Source of the DNA: Saccostrea echinata
Lineage: Eukaryota
DNA: 64,000 nt
NCBI RefSeq assembly: GCF_033153115.1
Contig: NW_026889751.1
Coordinates: 30,814,001 to 30,878,000, forward strand
Direction: 5' to 3'
The notes under the pieces were generated by a model that saw only the letters and a list, made by a program, of their open reading frames with translations, had not been told where the DNA came from and ran no database searches. Below, in pieces: positions 23,515-36,016 of this stretch. The position numbers and the translations under genes were made by a program. The stretch's first letter is position 1; every line of letters begins with the position of its first letter.

Positions 23515-24600
23515 TCATAAATCATTCCGATTCTACACACAAGTACTCTGAAGTTGATACTAGTATTATAAAGATACTGGAGTTTTTCATTGATAATATC
23601 TATGTCGTCTTTGAAAACCAGATGAAAAATATTTATCGGATGACTTCAGTTTTGCCATCGTCTACTCCTCTATTTATTTCAGTAATATTCCACTATCATC
23701 TGCATATGATGTTCATGACTCCTAACATGTTCTATGTATAGCTAAGTTTTTTAAAAAGGCAGACTACCCACATATAAGTTGATTTTACAGGACATTCTAC
23801 AATTTGTTTAAAGGGGCATGAACATACTTCCATTGGTGTGTTTGTTTACAATTTTGAATTTCTAGCTTTATTAAAAATAGATTATTTTAATTATTTGAAC
23901 TTGAAGTCACAAAAAGATCATATATTTCTATTACATAATAACATATTGTGAATAATCTATGAAAAGAATAATGTGTTTATCAAACAAAGAAATTTCAGAC
24001 TTGTCAATTTTTATCATAGTCGTAAGAATTTTTGTGAAAAGGGTTAGAGGTGTGTTCGATTTGCTGACATTACTCACATCACTGACTACAAAATGACAAC
24101 ACTGGTAGATTGGTTTTGCTTGCTTACATTTTTAAGAAAACTTTTTTCTGAATTGTGCATGGTTTTAATATCTTTTATTGATACACATAAGTTTTCCCAC
24201 TTTTCATAAATATTAAGTTTTCCCACTTTTCATAAATATTAAGGATACATTTCACTTCATCAAAGTGCAAGGATGCATGACAATCAAACACGCCCAACAT
24301 TCGTAGGTTTGATAATTTTCAGACAAAAGAAGTTTCTAAACAGGTTTTTATGATATCGGTCTGAGACGCTCTTGTAATATGTATGTCATGAAATTCTACC
24401 GAAAATTTTAAGGTTACCGGGTATAAAGATCAAATCTGTGTCCATGCTTCTTTAAAGTAAGCATATCGTAAAGTCCATGGTCGATAGAGTGACTTTCTTT
24501 TTGCAAATACAACCTATTGTTGGATAATATTTAACTAAAATGTTTCATACCTAAATATATGTCATATATTTGACTTAAGGATTACTCCATTATACTTTAT
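23515..24600 (+). mobile_element. Decayed Penelope-like reverse transcriptase fragment interrupted by a Kolobok-like MITE
   Basis: Translates NHSDSTHKYSEVD...LEFFIDNIYVVF; DDFSFAIV; NIPLSSAYDV; resumes after 24455. Confidence 0.6.
23812..24451. mobile_element. Kolobok-like MITE (TTAA TSD)
   Basis: ttaa|AGGGGCATGAACA...TGTCCATGCTTCT|ttaa; the same end is seen at 7440-7459. Confidence 0.7.
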
Positions 24601-24619
24601 AAATACAGAAGCTCAAGGT

Positions 24620-25886
24620 ATATAAGGGGGGAACATTCTCAAGGAATGAAATTTGAAAGCCCTGCAGCAAAAGTTATAAAAAAGGTTAAAGTTTTTCAAA
24701 AGTAGGTCACACTCCAAGGTCAAGGTCAAAAGGTCAAAATTGTTGGTATCCAAAGGAAGGTCTTGCCACAAGAAATATTACCTGTGAAATTTAAAACCCC
24801 TAGTGCTAACTGTTCAAAAATAGTTACACTGTACACCCATGCAAAGGTCTTGTCACGATGAATACACATGTGAACTATGAAAGCCCTAGCACCAACTGTT
24901 CAAAATTTATGACCAAGGTTAAATTTTGGTAAATTTTTGCAAAAGTGAGTCCAACTCCAAGGTCAAGGTCAAGAGGTCAAATATGTTGATATACAAAGGA
25001 AGGTCTCGTCACAAGGAAGACACATGTGAAATATGAAAGCCATAGCTCCAAGCAATCAAAAATTATGGGCAAGGTTAAAGTTTTCGACCCTTTGACCTTG
25101 ACCTTGGAATTTGACCTACTTTTGGAAAACTTTAACCTTGGCCATAACATTTGAACAGTTGGTGCTAGGACTTTTATTTTTCTAATATGTAATCCTTATG
25201 ACAAGACCTTCGATCCTTTAGAAACCATCAATTATAGCCCATTGACCTTGATCTTGGAGTTTGACCTACTTTAACCTTGGCCATAACTTTTAAATGAATG
25301 GTGCTAGGGCTTTCATAATTCACACATAGTAATCCTTGTGACATGACCTTCCTTTGGATACCAACAACTTTGACCCTTTGAATTTGACCTTGGAGTTTGA
25401 CCTACTTTTGAAAATCTTTAATCTTTGCCATACTTTTTAAACATTTGGTGATACGGCTTTCAAACTTCACATGTGCATACTTTCCTTTGGATACCAACAA
25501 TTGTGGCATTGACCTTGACCTTGGCGTTTTACCTACTTTTAAAAAACTTTGGCCATAACAAGTAAACGTTTGGTACTAGGGCTTTCACATTTCACGAACA
25601 TGTGTACTAAGTATCACTTTTGACAAGACCTTTCATTTGGGCCCTATTTGACCTTGACCTTGACGTTTTACTTACTTTTTAAAAAACTTGAACCTTCGCC
25701 ATAACTTTTGAACAGTTGGAGCTAGGGCTTTCAAATTTCACAGGTATATTCCTCGAGATAAGACCTTTCTTTGGGTACCAACATTTTTGATCTCTTGACC
25801 TGGATTTTGACTTGCATTTGAGAAACTTTAACCTTCGCCATAAGCTGTCATACGGGGGTATCAGTGTTTCACAAACACATCTTGTT
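24620..25886. mobile_element. HINE-type element with a ~120-bp repeat array containing an orientation switch near 25085
   Basis: GGTCAAGGTCAA/AAGGTCTTGTCAC units on + until ~25085, then TTGACCTTGACC/GACAAGACCTT units; end GGGGTATCAGTGTTTCACAAACACATCTTGTT. Confidence 0.7.
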
Positions 25887-25892
25887 ATTTCA

Positions 25893-26210
25893 TATTTATG
25901 CTCCCGTGATCGAAGATTCGGGGTTATAAAGTTTTTGCTCTGTCCGTCCGTTATGCTGTACGTCCGTCCATTACGCTTTGGGTACCCATCTCTTATCTGA
26001 ACTCTTAAACCACTGAATGAAATTTATTGATACTTTCACAGATTCTTTATTATATAGTACCATTGAGCACCTCCTATTTTACTTTTTGATCCGAAACTTA
26101 TTTCGGGTCTCCCATTGCAAAACATGGACTTTGCCATTTTAATCAAATGGGAGGCGGGGGGGGGGGGGTTATCATTTTGTGAGCTCAGTGCTCACAGCAC
26201 CTCTAGTTTT
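25893..26210. mobile_element. Short Helentron/HINE-like element; reverse-oriented relative at 61724-62062
   Basis: GTCCGTCCG microsatellite; hairpin TGTGAGCTCAGTGCTCACA; shared sequence with 61724-62062. Confidence 0.65.
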
Positions 26211-27503
26211 TAAAATCACTTCTTGTATGAGGTCACAAAAAAGATCATCTTTGCTATCCCATGTCTAGTAAAACCTTTTGTTTGCTTAGATTTATAGGCC
26301 ATACTTGTTTCAAGAAATGAAAGTCAGATACAGTCTGATGTTAAGCCGTTTTATATTTATTCTCTTAAATATGGTTTAATTTAATGTAATGAGACGATTC
26401 TTGTAGTTTTTCATGACCGAGTATTATTGGAGCAGATGGGTTTATACAAAGCTTCAAAGAAAATCATAATGTCGATACTTTGGTGCAGAGCAAATAAATC
26501 TGTTACATCAGCATAAGAACATTAGATTTATAACAGTGTTCCGTTACACACTCGTAAACAATTCATATCGACAGGTTTGTAAAAGTGCGGGCTCTCTACT
26601 TAGTCACCCATTCTGAATCAGCTGATCGGTGAAATATACGATGACGGGGCTGTTGTTCACTATTAAGTGTTTATTACACATCTAAGCGAGTGTTCTGTGT
26701 TTTATACGAGATCTTTTATCAACATCAATCGATGCATCATTTTTTATGTGTTCATTTATTATTATTCACTTCTTAAGTGTTAGCATTTGCTCACTGCAAA
26801 TATTTGTGAGATGTTTGTGTTTGAGAGTTTTAATCATAGTTTTGATGTCAAACGTTTTAGATCTACATATGCATTTATTTAAGTATTATATATATCATTT
26901 TATTTGTCTTGCACATGTTTTACAAAGGCTTTACCAGAAAACATTATCTATATCTTTTGTTTCAATAATATTATGAACATGAAAATTAAAATGCACCACA
27001 ATCAACATTTTTTGAATACTACATAGAAATTTCAATAAAAATATCTCTATAAATAGCATTTTTTTTCTCAGTTAAACAAAGCTATCGGCGCAATACTGAC
27101 GACGTCAAAACGTACAGGTAGCTATAGTTGCGCTTGTGAATACTGCGGATCGTGCGTCTTTAAAAATTCGTTTGAAATTGTGCTGCATTTCATTTTCTGT
27201 TAGCTACCGAATTACTTATATATCACACACTAGAGTAACCAATAGATCACGAAATTATTTTTAATGGAAATTTCCCTAACACCGATTATAAACCTCAGTG
27301 CTCGCATAGTTCAAAGGTGTGGTCCAGCTCCTGACTTTTTTTTAGTTTGTCATTTTTGTTGGTCTACCAAAAGCCCCTTCCATCGGAGAACCAGTCCAGC
27401 CATCTTTTAACCTCTTTTACTGGGTATAAACTAGTGTCTGAAATATGTGTTCGTGTCTCTTTCCCCGAACGAATAGGAGCCGGACCACTACATGTTTTTT
27501 TAA

Positions 27504-29226
27504 GAGCCATTCTCTGTAATGACTTTAACTTTTATATAGGAGCTGTGGCAGTAGTCTCAGAATTTATCCAAACTCTCTATGATAAAAGTCTTTGATAACG
27601 TAAACTAAAATCAGGCAAAAATTGGTTGCTACGTGTCATGGTTACCATAGCAACATGTCCTAAAGTTTGAAAAATGGCATTTTTCAACATGTTCAGAGTC
27701 CCACAGTTAATGTTTGCAGCAAAGCAAACAAGTGGCAATGACTGTTTCTGAAAGTTAAAGGCCTGATGTCTTAAATGCATGATAAACATGTTTGGTAAAT
27801 CAACTATTACATACGTTACTATGGAAACAAAGTATTCAAAAATAATAATTTTGTTCATTTAATTTTATAAAGTCATACACTTAAGAATAAAAACAATTAT
27901 AGGTTGAAATGCAAGCATATAATAGACAAGAAATCCTTGTAACATATACCAAGGACGAAATATGATATTTCTCATAGGTTGGCAATGGTTGCCATGGTTT
28001 TAATACCACAATGGGATTTTAAACTTACTCTCTTAGTGTTTTAATCTTATCCTATCTTTTTAAAAAGCATATTTCTATATAACTGATGATCAATTTTTAA
28101 AGGCGTTGGTGTGACCCTAATTTTTACATCTCAAAAAATTCAAATTCAATTCTTTAAATAGAGCGTTGCTATGGAAATTAGCCGAAAAAATATGCATAAA
28201 AATCTGAAAAATATTCTGTTTCCTTGGATACGTACCGTTGTATGTAGATTCCCAAAACGTTTATGATTGATATAAATGAACAACTAACCCAACTTTCAAT
28301 TTTGACTACCACCCAATCTCTAACTAGATGCAAAAAGCTGACACATAGGATTTAATATTGATATAAAATTAACAAAATCTGCATTTTCCCTTCTTGGTAA
28401 CCATAGCAACAGTGTTGAATATTTCAACAAACTTTATCAATATATGATATTCAACTTTAGTTCTACCTGATAAATACTATTCAAGGTGAGTCAAATAATA
28501 TGTTTCTTGATTAAAAGGTAAGTAAATTCCTAAAGCAGCAAAAATATATCACTTTAAACAACTGGTACGTTGTTTCCAAGGTTACACTGCAAAGTAACAA
28601 TTAATCCCAATTTTTCTTATGTTGTCGGTGTTGCAAGGTCCTAAGGATGTATATGTGCCAGTCATGAATTTTATTGTTTTTCCTCAAGATAGTAGCATTA
28701 ACCCAATCTTAGCAACAGATTTTGCATGGATACACTGTGTTACCATGGCAACCATAAAAGTTATTTTTAGAATAATATTGCCAATACCTAATTACTTAAG
28801 GTCAAATATTTTTATTGCTTTTCTTTGGTTGTTGAGTTTGATCATGTAACATCTATCATTAGTGAATATTGAGCGTTTTTCAGCATTTTTCAGCATCTAA
28901 AATGTATTCCAAATGTACCCATGGTTACCACTTACTTAAAAATAATAGTTTCTTTATAGCATAAGTGGCAACAAGGTGTCAAGTTTTTGTGAGAATAGTT
29001 TGTTTGTTTTCCTTACTCTTTATTAAGGCTTAATAAAGATTCAAAGTAGCTGAAAATCTAATTTTTTTTCAACTTTTCTGGCTGTTACCATGGCAACCAA
29101 GACACATAGCAACGAAATTTTATTTGATATATGTTTCTGGTGTCAAGTTGTAATAATGGGCCAAGTTTCATCAAAATCGGTGACCATGCGTGGCAAAGAA
29201 GTTTAAGTGGTTACAGAGAATCGCTA
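27504..29226. mobile_element. Non-autonomous TIR element (Academ-like by inference) rich in GTTACCATGGCAAC palindromes
   Basis: ttaa|GAGCCATTCTCTGTAATGACTTTAAC ... GTTTAAGTGGTTACAGAGAATCGCTA|ttaa imperfect TIRs. Confidence 0.7.
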
Positions 29227-29542
29227 TTAATTAGTAGTCTGCTACTAGTATTTTCTCGTAGAATAATTATTTTTATATATTTTAAAAGAAACTTTGAAAT
29301 ATGATTAAAAACCCAGAATGTCAGATTAATTTTTTATTTGGTTTGAGAGAGTGGATAAGTCGACCGATATATATTTGCTTATAATCTCAAAGGATCATTA
29401 AACTTTCAGACGAAGATGAAGCAAGTCACATTTCTCGTGCTTGTGATAGTCATTAAGTTAACTGATTAAAGTGTTGATTGACAAGTTGAAATTTGACATA
29501 TCTTGTAGAAAATAAAACAGGGCAATAACTTTAAGTGTCAGA

Positions 29543-29859
29543 TTGGTTGATTGATAAATTGTTGTTTTACGTCCCTTGCGAGAATTTTTCACTCATAAGA
29601 CTTCACCATATACCGGTGAAGGGCTTTGCTCGGCACTAATGCCCATTGAGCAGTGAGGGTTCTTTTTCGTGCCAACGCCTGTGACCCTCGGTGTTTAAAG
29701 TCTCATCCGAAAGACCTGTGACTTCCACATCTAATGCCGGGCGCTTGGCGAAAGAACAGCCACTACCTACATGTTTACTTCTTAGGTTGGACGAGAATTG
29801 AACCCGGTGCCTTCCGATTACGAAGTAAGCGCCCTACCACTAGGCTACCGCGACCGGTC
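29543..29859 (-). mobile_element. tRNA-derived SINE, near full length
   Basis: Minus-strand head GACCGGTCGCGGTAGCCTAGTGGTAGGGCG (A box) and GGGTTCAATTC (B box); body shared with 44600-44740; (CAAT/CAAC)n tail. Confidence 0.8.
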
Positions 29860-30777
29860 AATATGTGTAAGAGTGATAGACAAAACACAAGGGAATAGGA
29901 GATCTTTGTCTAGAACATATATCCAGTATATCAAGAATATAATTTGGTGATTTTGATTATAGACGTTGTTTCGTAAATATTTTTTTCACATTCTACAATC
30001 AACAGGCATAACACGTCCCACTTGCAACACAGGGGTTCCATTCAGTAGAGTAAGCTTAATACAGAAGACATGGGGATGTATGTCCGGCTTACACATGACC
30101 CCTGCTTTTCTACGGACTTCTTTAATCTGAACTCGAGAATTGTTATTCGCTTACTTCATTGAATTTAGGCACAATCAATATATACATTTTTTGTTAAAAT
30201 GGACAAAAACACACAACTCGCACATGAGTACTAGTGTGTACAGTATATGATAAAATATAAAGAGAATATACAGATATCTATATTGTATAATTTTATATTT
30301 GCTTTATCCAATTCAGAGCGATTATAAATTATTTCAACGAAATCGATGTTCAATTTTTTTTTTGTTTTCACGATAAAGTTTCTTTGGATGCAGAGAAACA
30401 TGGCTTTTTGTAAAAATCGATATAGGGAGCGAGTCTAAGGAGAGCCTGTGGTTTTCTTTTTACTCTATTATTTCGTATCTATTAAAATATAAGGAAATAA
30501 TGCCTTTTTATAATGAAGGCATTTCTCTTTAAAATTATTTCTGTTTAGCCATCAGTTATAAAATTCTGGAGACTCGATGTTGAATAAAATGGAATTAAAT
30601 CACATGTAATTGTGACTTTTAGGACATCTGTAACAAAAAAAAAAAAAAAAAATTAATGAATGAAAGTGAAAATATCAATGGCACAATGAAACAATACATA
30701 GTCATTGACAGACTGACTTTCTGTTACATGTTATGATACTTTCGAAAGTAACAAAGCCTGTGCTTATATTGTAGTTA

Positions 30778-30897
30778 CATGTGTTACCTTAAAGTTTTAG
30801 AATTCAGAGAATTTAAAACTAACTATAACAATGTAGGTTGTTACAAGTATAGTTAGTTTTAAATTCTCTGAATTCTAAAACTTTAAGGTAACACATG
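30778..30897. repeat. Perfect 50-bp inverted repeat with a 20-nt spacer
   Basis: CATGTGTTACCTTAAAG...AACTAACTATA / TATAGTTAGTT...CTTTAAGGTAACACATG. Confidence 0.95.
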
Positions 30898-31594
30898 CAC
30901 GATGACCCGAGAGAGTCATAGACCGAGGAGTTGAGGAGTTGAATATCACAACATAAACAGATGAAAAGGGTCCTAATTACCATTTATTTGTAGCTTTGTA
31001 GAAAGCAGTCGATATTTCTTTCTTCTTTTTTTACGTTGATCATGATTAGGGTAGGAACTTTGCAGATAACCATGTGACATTTTTGGAATGCACCTCGTGT
31101 ACCTTATAATCCTAAAAGTTTGAATGCGTCATAAATGATGTGTTTGAAAAAAAAACGGAGATCTTAAAGGTCTTGGATTTGTCATATTGTGTAATATGAT
31201 ATTTGTTTATTGACAGTTTAATTGTTACGAAGAACTGGGACAATCAATAGGTGGACAATACAAGTTATACAATATAGTGACGTGCGTTTACACTAAACGA
31301 CATCCATAAACGTGCAATTAATCAGCTTCAAATATGAAATATGATACTAATTTAAATTAAAGCTTTTATTTTAGAAAATATTATCAAGCAAAACTTCTGC
31401 TATGAATCCCCAAGAGAATTTCATTGAAATATACAAAGCACCAAAAAACTCCGAAATTTTAAAAAATTAACTCCGAAATAAAAATATCAATTTTTTTTCA
31501 TTAAAAAAGTGAATATGAACGTTTTTTGACAACAAGATCTTATATTATCGCCCACACTGCAATTTGAAGTGCAATGACTTTTATCAGAGACACA

Positions 31595-31635
31595 TATATA
31601 AAAGCTGTGGCAACGAAACATACTTGATCATTTTC
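31595..31635 (+). promoter_or_regulatory. Candidate TATA (TATAAAAG 31597-31604) plus initiator (TCATTT ~31628) for the GPCR
   Basis: Canonical ~30-bp TATA-Inr spacing, about 325 bp upstream of the ATG. Confidence 0.45.
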
Positions 31636-31952
31636 ATCTCAGTCAGCTGTGCGCCTGGTGCTCCCTCGTGATAAACTGAGTATTTATCGATCTAATGATC
31701 CGGAACAGTAATCAATTCACAGTCTCTGAAGAGAGCATTAATTAATTCCGTATAAACAAACGTTACGAGGACGCTAATTAAATTTTGATACACTTAATTA
31801 TTCGCGTGGCGGCGCACTATGGGGGACGCTGAATTCGCGTGAGGAATGTTGGAGGTTAGTGAAAAGATAGATCGGGTTATACTGTTGAGCGTGTGATATT
31901 ATCCCGTACATCACTAATGTGTTGAGTGTTCTAATGCTAAGTGGCCAGAGAT

Positions 31953-33023
31953 ATGGACGAGAACTACACGATTCTTAACACCACCTTGTTGGACGAAATA
32001 TTCACTGAGAAGGAATTTTCTCAACATACTCTAGAGCTCTATACCCCCGCCATTATCTACACAGTCACTCTGATGGTGTCAGGGATTTTTGGTAACTCTC
32101 TAGTTTGGATTATTTATTACTGGAAATGGAAGCACATGTCTACCCGTATATTTATTTTGTCGCTCGCCATGTGTGACCTCATTAATTGTGTCATTACTAT
32201 GCCGACAGAAATCACCATCATTGTGGGTAGTTCTCTTTTTCATATGGGATTTATTTGTAAGATTTCTCGATTTACTACCTATATGTGTAATTCTGTGTCC
32301 ACTCTGGTTCTGATTGCTGTGGCTGTTGACCGATATCAAAGGATTTGTTGTCCTCACCGTCCGGTGATGACGTCAGTCAGCGCGCGCCGAAGTGTCGCCT
32401 GGTTGATTGGAGTGTCTTTGCTAATAACATGGCCAGCAATTGTCTTGTATGGAAAACACACAGTGAAAATATCATCTCATGGCGCGAATTTCTCACTTCC
32501 AACGTGCCAGATTGCCGATAGTTATGTCCACACTAAATACCCCTTAATTCTGTTCGGAATCCACGCAGTGGGGACGCTTATAACGTTCACATCGTTCATC
32601 ATTCTGTACTCCTGCGTCGCAGTAGCCGTGCGACGTCAGCTGAGTTTCCGTAAAAGGTCAACTACAAGCCATACAAGGTCAGAAGAAGGCTCCAGGAAAA
32701 TCATCCTTAGTTCTTCCTGTGTTGCTGCCGTGGAGCGAAGCGTTCGGACAACCCTGATTCTGTCTGTTGTGACGTTCTCCTACGTACTGACGTTTTTACC
32801 GTTTATTGTGCTCGCTATTCATCGAACTCTTCACCCAAGCTTCTACCAAACGTTGACTGACCCCGCTAAGATGGCGTACCAAGTGATTCTGCGTTCCTAT
32901 CTTCTTAACTGTTGTATTAATCCTATTATTTATTCCTTCTTAAACACCGAATTTAGAAAACGATCCGCTTCATTGTTTAAACAAGGAATTTGTAAATTTA
33001 TATCAGGGAATTATGAACTGTGA
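31953..33023 (+). CDS. Intronless orphan class A (rhodopsin-like) GPCR, peptide-receptor-like (such genes are often auto-annotated CCK-receptor-like)
   Basis: Seven hydrophobic segments; GN (TM1), LAxxD (TM2), C-K..VDRY (TM3), ECL2 Cys, FLP (TM6), NPIIY (TM7), helix 8 FRK. N-glycosylation sequons NYT/NTT. First ATG at 31953 (the ORF track starts at GTG 31941). Confidence 0.93.
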   Translation: MDENYTILNTTLLDEIFTEKEFSQHTLELYTPAIIYTVTLMVSGIFGNSLVWIIYYWKWKHMSTRIFILSLAMCDLINCVITMPTEITIIVGSSLFHMGFICKISRFTTYMCNSVSTLVLIAVAVDRYQRICCPHRPVMTSVSARRSVAWLIGVSLLITWPAIVLYGKHTVKISSHGANFSLPTCQIADSYVHTKYPLILFGIHAVGTLITFTSFIILYSCVAVAVRRQLSFRKRSTTSHTRSEEGSRKIILSSSCVAAVERSVRTTLILSVVTFSYVLTFLPFIVLAIHRTLHPSFYQTLTDPAKMAYQVILRSYLLNCCINPIIYSFLNTEFRKRSASLFKQGICKFISGNYEL

Positions 33024-35857
33024 TCAACTCTTTTCCAAATATAGATTATTTTTCTATCAAGGTAATATTTCTTATTTCTTAAAAACATGCCAACCTAAAG
33101 AGGCTTCTTTAAGATAGATCGGAGTTTTACAAAGAAGTCAAAGTTAGAGGTGATTTTAATTTCTGCACAGTGATGATAAAGATATTTATCCTTGGGTTTT
33201 CCTGCAAACAACTCTTCCTCTTCCTTTAGTTTTGTTTAGATGCTCTATTTGAAAAGGTACAATATTTTATAAGTAGACTTAAAGTAACCCGTAAAATCTA
33301 CTTGAAAAATAGATATTTGAGTAATGAATTTTCCCTTGAAATTACGATCTAGCTGGGCAAATGATATACAACATGCAATAAACTCGTGTGACGGTAATAT
33401 ATATATGTATTCATTTCATTGTTGACACGCAAGTATCTTTAACTCAGGAGTCAGCACGAACTTTTTTTTTTTTAGTAATATTGAAATGAATAATTCAAAA
33501 AAAAAAAGAAAAAAAAAGAAAATCTTTTCATGCATCACGTTTAATCATCGTCTGGTGTGTGTCAAATCGAACACGCTCTAAGCTCTCGATACTCACTATC
33601 TTGGGTGGTTGCCTTGATTCCAGTTTTGGTATATCGTGTATTATATAACGGATATTTATCTCCTATCTAAAACTACCGCTGGCATTGCCAAACAGAGACC
33701 TTTGAATACCATTAACTGTTTGAACTCGGCTAAATTAAACAGTCGTAAATTCATCAATATATGATGAATACCTCAGATAAATAACGACCTATATAAGAAT
33801 AGATCCATTAATATATATCCCGGGGAATCGAATATTTATTTTTTCCCTCTTAGTCTTCATTAGCGCAAGAGAAATAAAATTACCATTAAAAACTTTATAG
33901 TCTTTATTTCAATGAATTATTGATAACGCAAACCTATTTAGTATATCGGTTTCAAAGAATAAGATGAGCTTTATAACGATAAATGTTGGACTTTAATGAG
34001 AAGTATCTTCCATTAACTTAAAGCCTGTATCACAGTTTTGAAACAAGTAATTAAATGTATTCACGCATCCTCAATCATGTTGTTCAAATTGCTAATTAAT
34101 AGTTACTACAAGAGAGAAATCGTTATTTACATGTAGTAAAATCTCAATTAACAACATTACAGATATAAAAATCGTTATTTACATGTAGATAAAATCTCAA
34201 TTAACAACGGAGAGATATGAAAATTGATATTTACATAAAGGTATAATCTAAACAGTAATTATGAAATAAAACCTGAGAAACTTCTCTCTATATTGTAGGT
34301 TTTATTAGGTTTCTTTAATGTATCAGATCAAGATGCTAAACACATATACGATGTGTCAAATAGTTCCTTCAATATTTCACACAACAATTACATTTTTACA
34401 AAACCTTATATAAGTTACATGGTTCGCAAACTTTTTAAAACTTGTTTATAAAAAGGTTTGTCATTTCCATTTATTGAGATTCTTTAAAATTCGATAACCC
34501 TATGCAATGATTTTTATAATTTACTTCGTTAGAAATATTGAACGCTGTAAAATCAGTTTTTTTATTGTGCCGAGGAACTATTTTTACAAAACTCTCTCGC
34601 TGTAAAATGAAGAATAAGTCTATGATATGTTATCAATTATAAAGAGTGATGGGTTTTCCTCTGCAAGAAAAATATCAAGATGTAAAGAAACCAAATTTCC
34701 GAAATTCCACATAAATTTTAAAACAAGACAACACTTGTGTGGTCCACCAATTATCAGGATTTTTAGACAACTGTGTAAATTTGTTTTCCTTCCACCGTAT
34801 TAGGGTGTAGATAACTCTCTCTCTCTCTCTCTCTAAATGTTTACTAACTCTAGCTTCAGTCCGATTCCTGTTAGATTAAAACTCGAACTGATTTATTTAT
34901 TAATTCCAGTGTTAGGGAGGCAATCCCACCCTCTTTAATCACAGCGCTGATGGACAAATTAAAGAAATGCTTAACACCTTAAAAGTTCTGTTGCAATTCA
35001 ATTCACTTCTTTCATCCTCCATATGCCGGCTGTTTTAAATCTAATCTCTTACGACAGAAGGAGAAATGGCAAGTAAATAACTTGTAGCTAGTGTCAGAAT
35101 AAATTATATTCATACGGTACATTTATACCAACATATGGTTTCGGACAGAGAGTCTGCCAGTTTATATATATCTTCACTGGTCAAGGTGACTGCGAATGTT
35201 CAGAAATAAAACATTGTACATGTAGTCTAGTCTAACGAATAAATCAGAGAAGCCAGTTAACAGCACACATATAAATAAAAAAAAAAACAACTGAAATCTG
35301 CAATGGATTCAATCCTGCCTTTATACAATAATGTTAACCACACCGTTTATTATTGTCGGCTATAAAAGCATGTAATTCTGGCTCTGTGTTTTTATTGTCG
35401 ATCATAATTAAGAAGCTTTGCTCTCGGGTTTATGGTTGAAATTTTCCCCATGCAGTGAAACAATATCGAGGAATAGATATCGATAGTATGTATTATTATA
35501 CTTCTGTTAAAATGTTTCCTATATAAAGTTAAGAAGGTAAAATAACTATCTTTATGGTCTCAAAATTTCCACACATAGCAAAGCTATACCCCGGGGTATA
35601 GTTTTTTGCTATCCACCCCTCGGAAAATTTTCATGCAATTTTTACCGCCAATTTTGATTTCCTGTAATCAATCTATAGACTTATGATGTCATCCTGACTT
35701 CAGTAGCATTGTGACGTCATCAGGATTCAGCTCATTCTAGCAGTGTTATCTTATTCCAAATACTTGTTCAAGACTTTTATAATTTTTTTTTCATGTTTTT
35801 ACTATAAAACTGTAGTTTCAGGTAAATCCAACCCTCAGAAATTATGATATACATCAG

Positions 35858-36016
35858 TATAATAAAACGCTTATCCACTGGCTGTGACTGGGATAGCTCT
35901 TTCATCAAACCCTTGACAGGAACTATTCCCCTCGGGCAAGCCCTCGGGGAATAGTTCCTGTCGCGGGTTTGATAAAAGAGCTATCCCACTCACAGCCAGT
36001 GGATAAGTGTATAATA
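35858..36016. repeat. Long imperfect palindrome (~65-bp arms), probably the terminus of a non-autonomous element
   Basis: CTTATCCACTGGCTGTGA...GGAACTATTCCCC / GGGGAATAGTTCC...TCACAGCCAGTGGATAAG. Confidence 0.9.

Noticed and set aside
29790-29859. tRNA gene
   Set aside because: A and B boxes are present but continue into a SINE body and simple-repeat tail; no proper cloverleaf.
31941-31952. GTG start for the GPCR given by the ORF track
   Set aside because: Eukaryotic gene; the in-frame ATG at 31953 is the plausible start.
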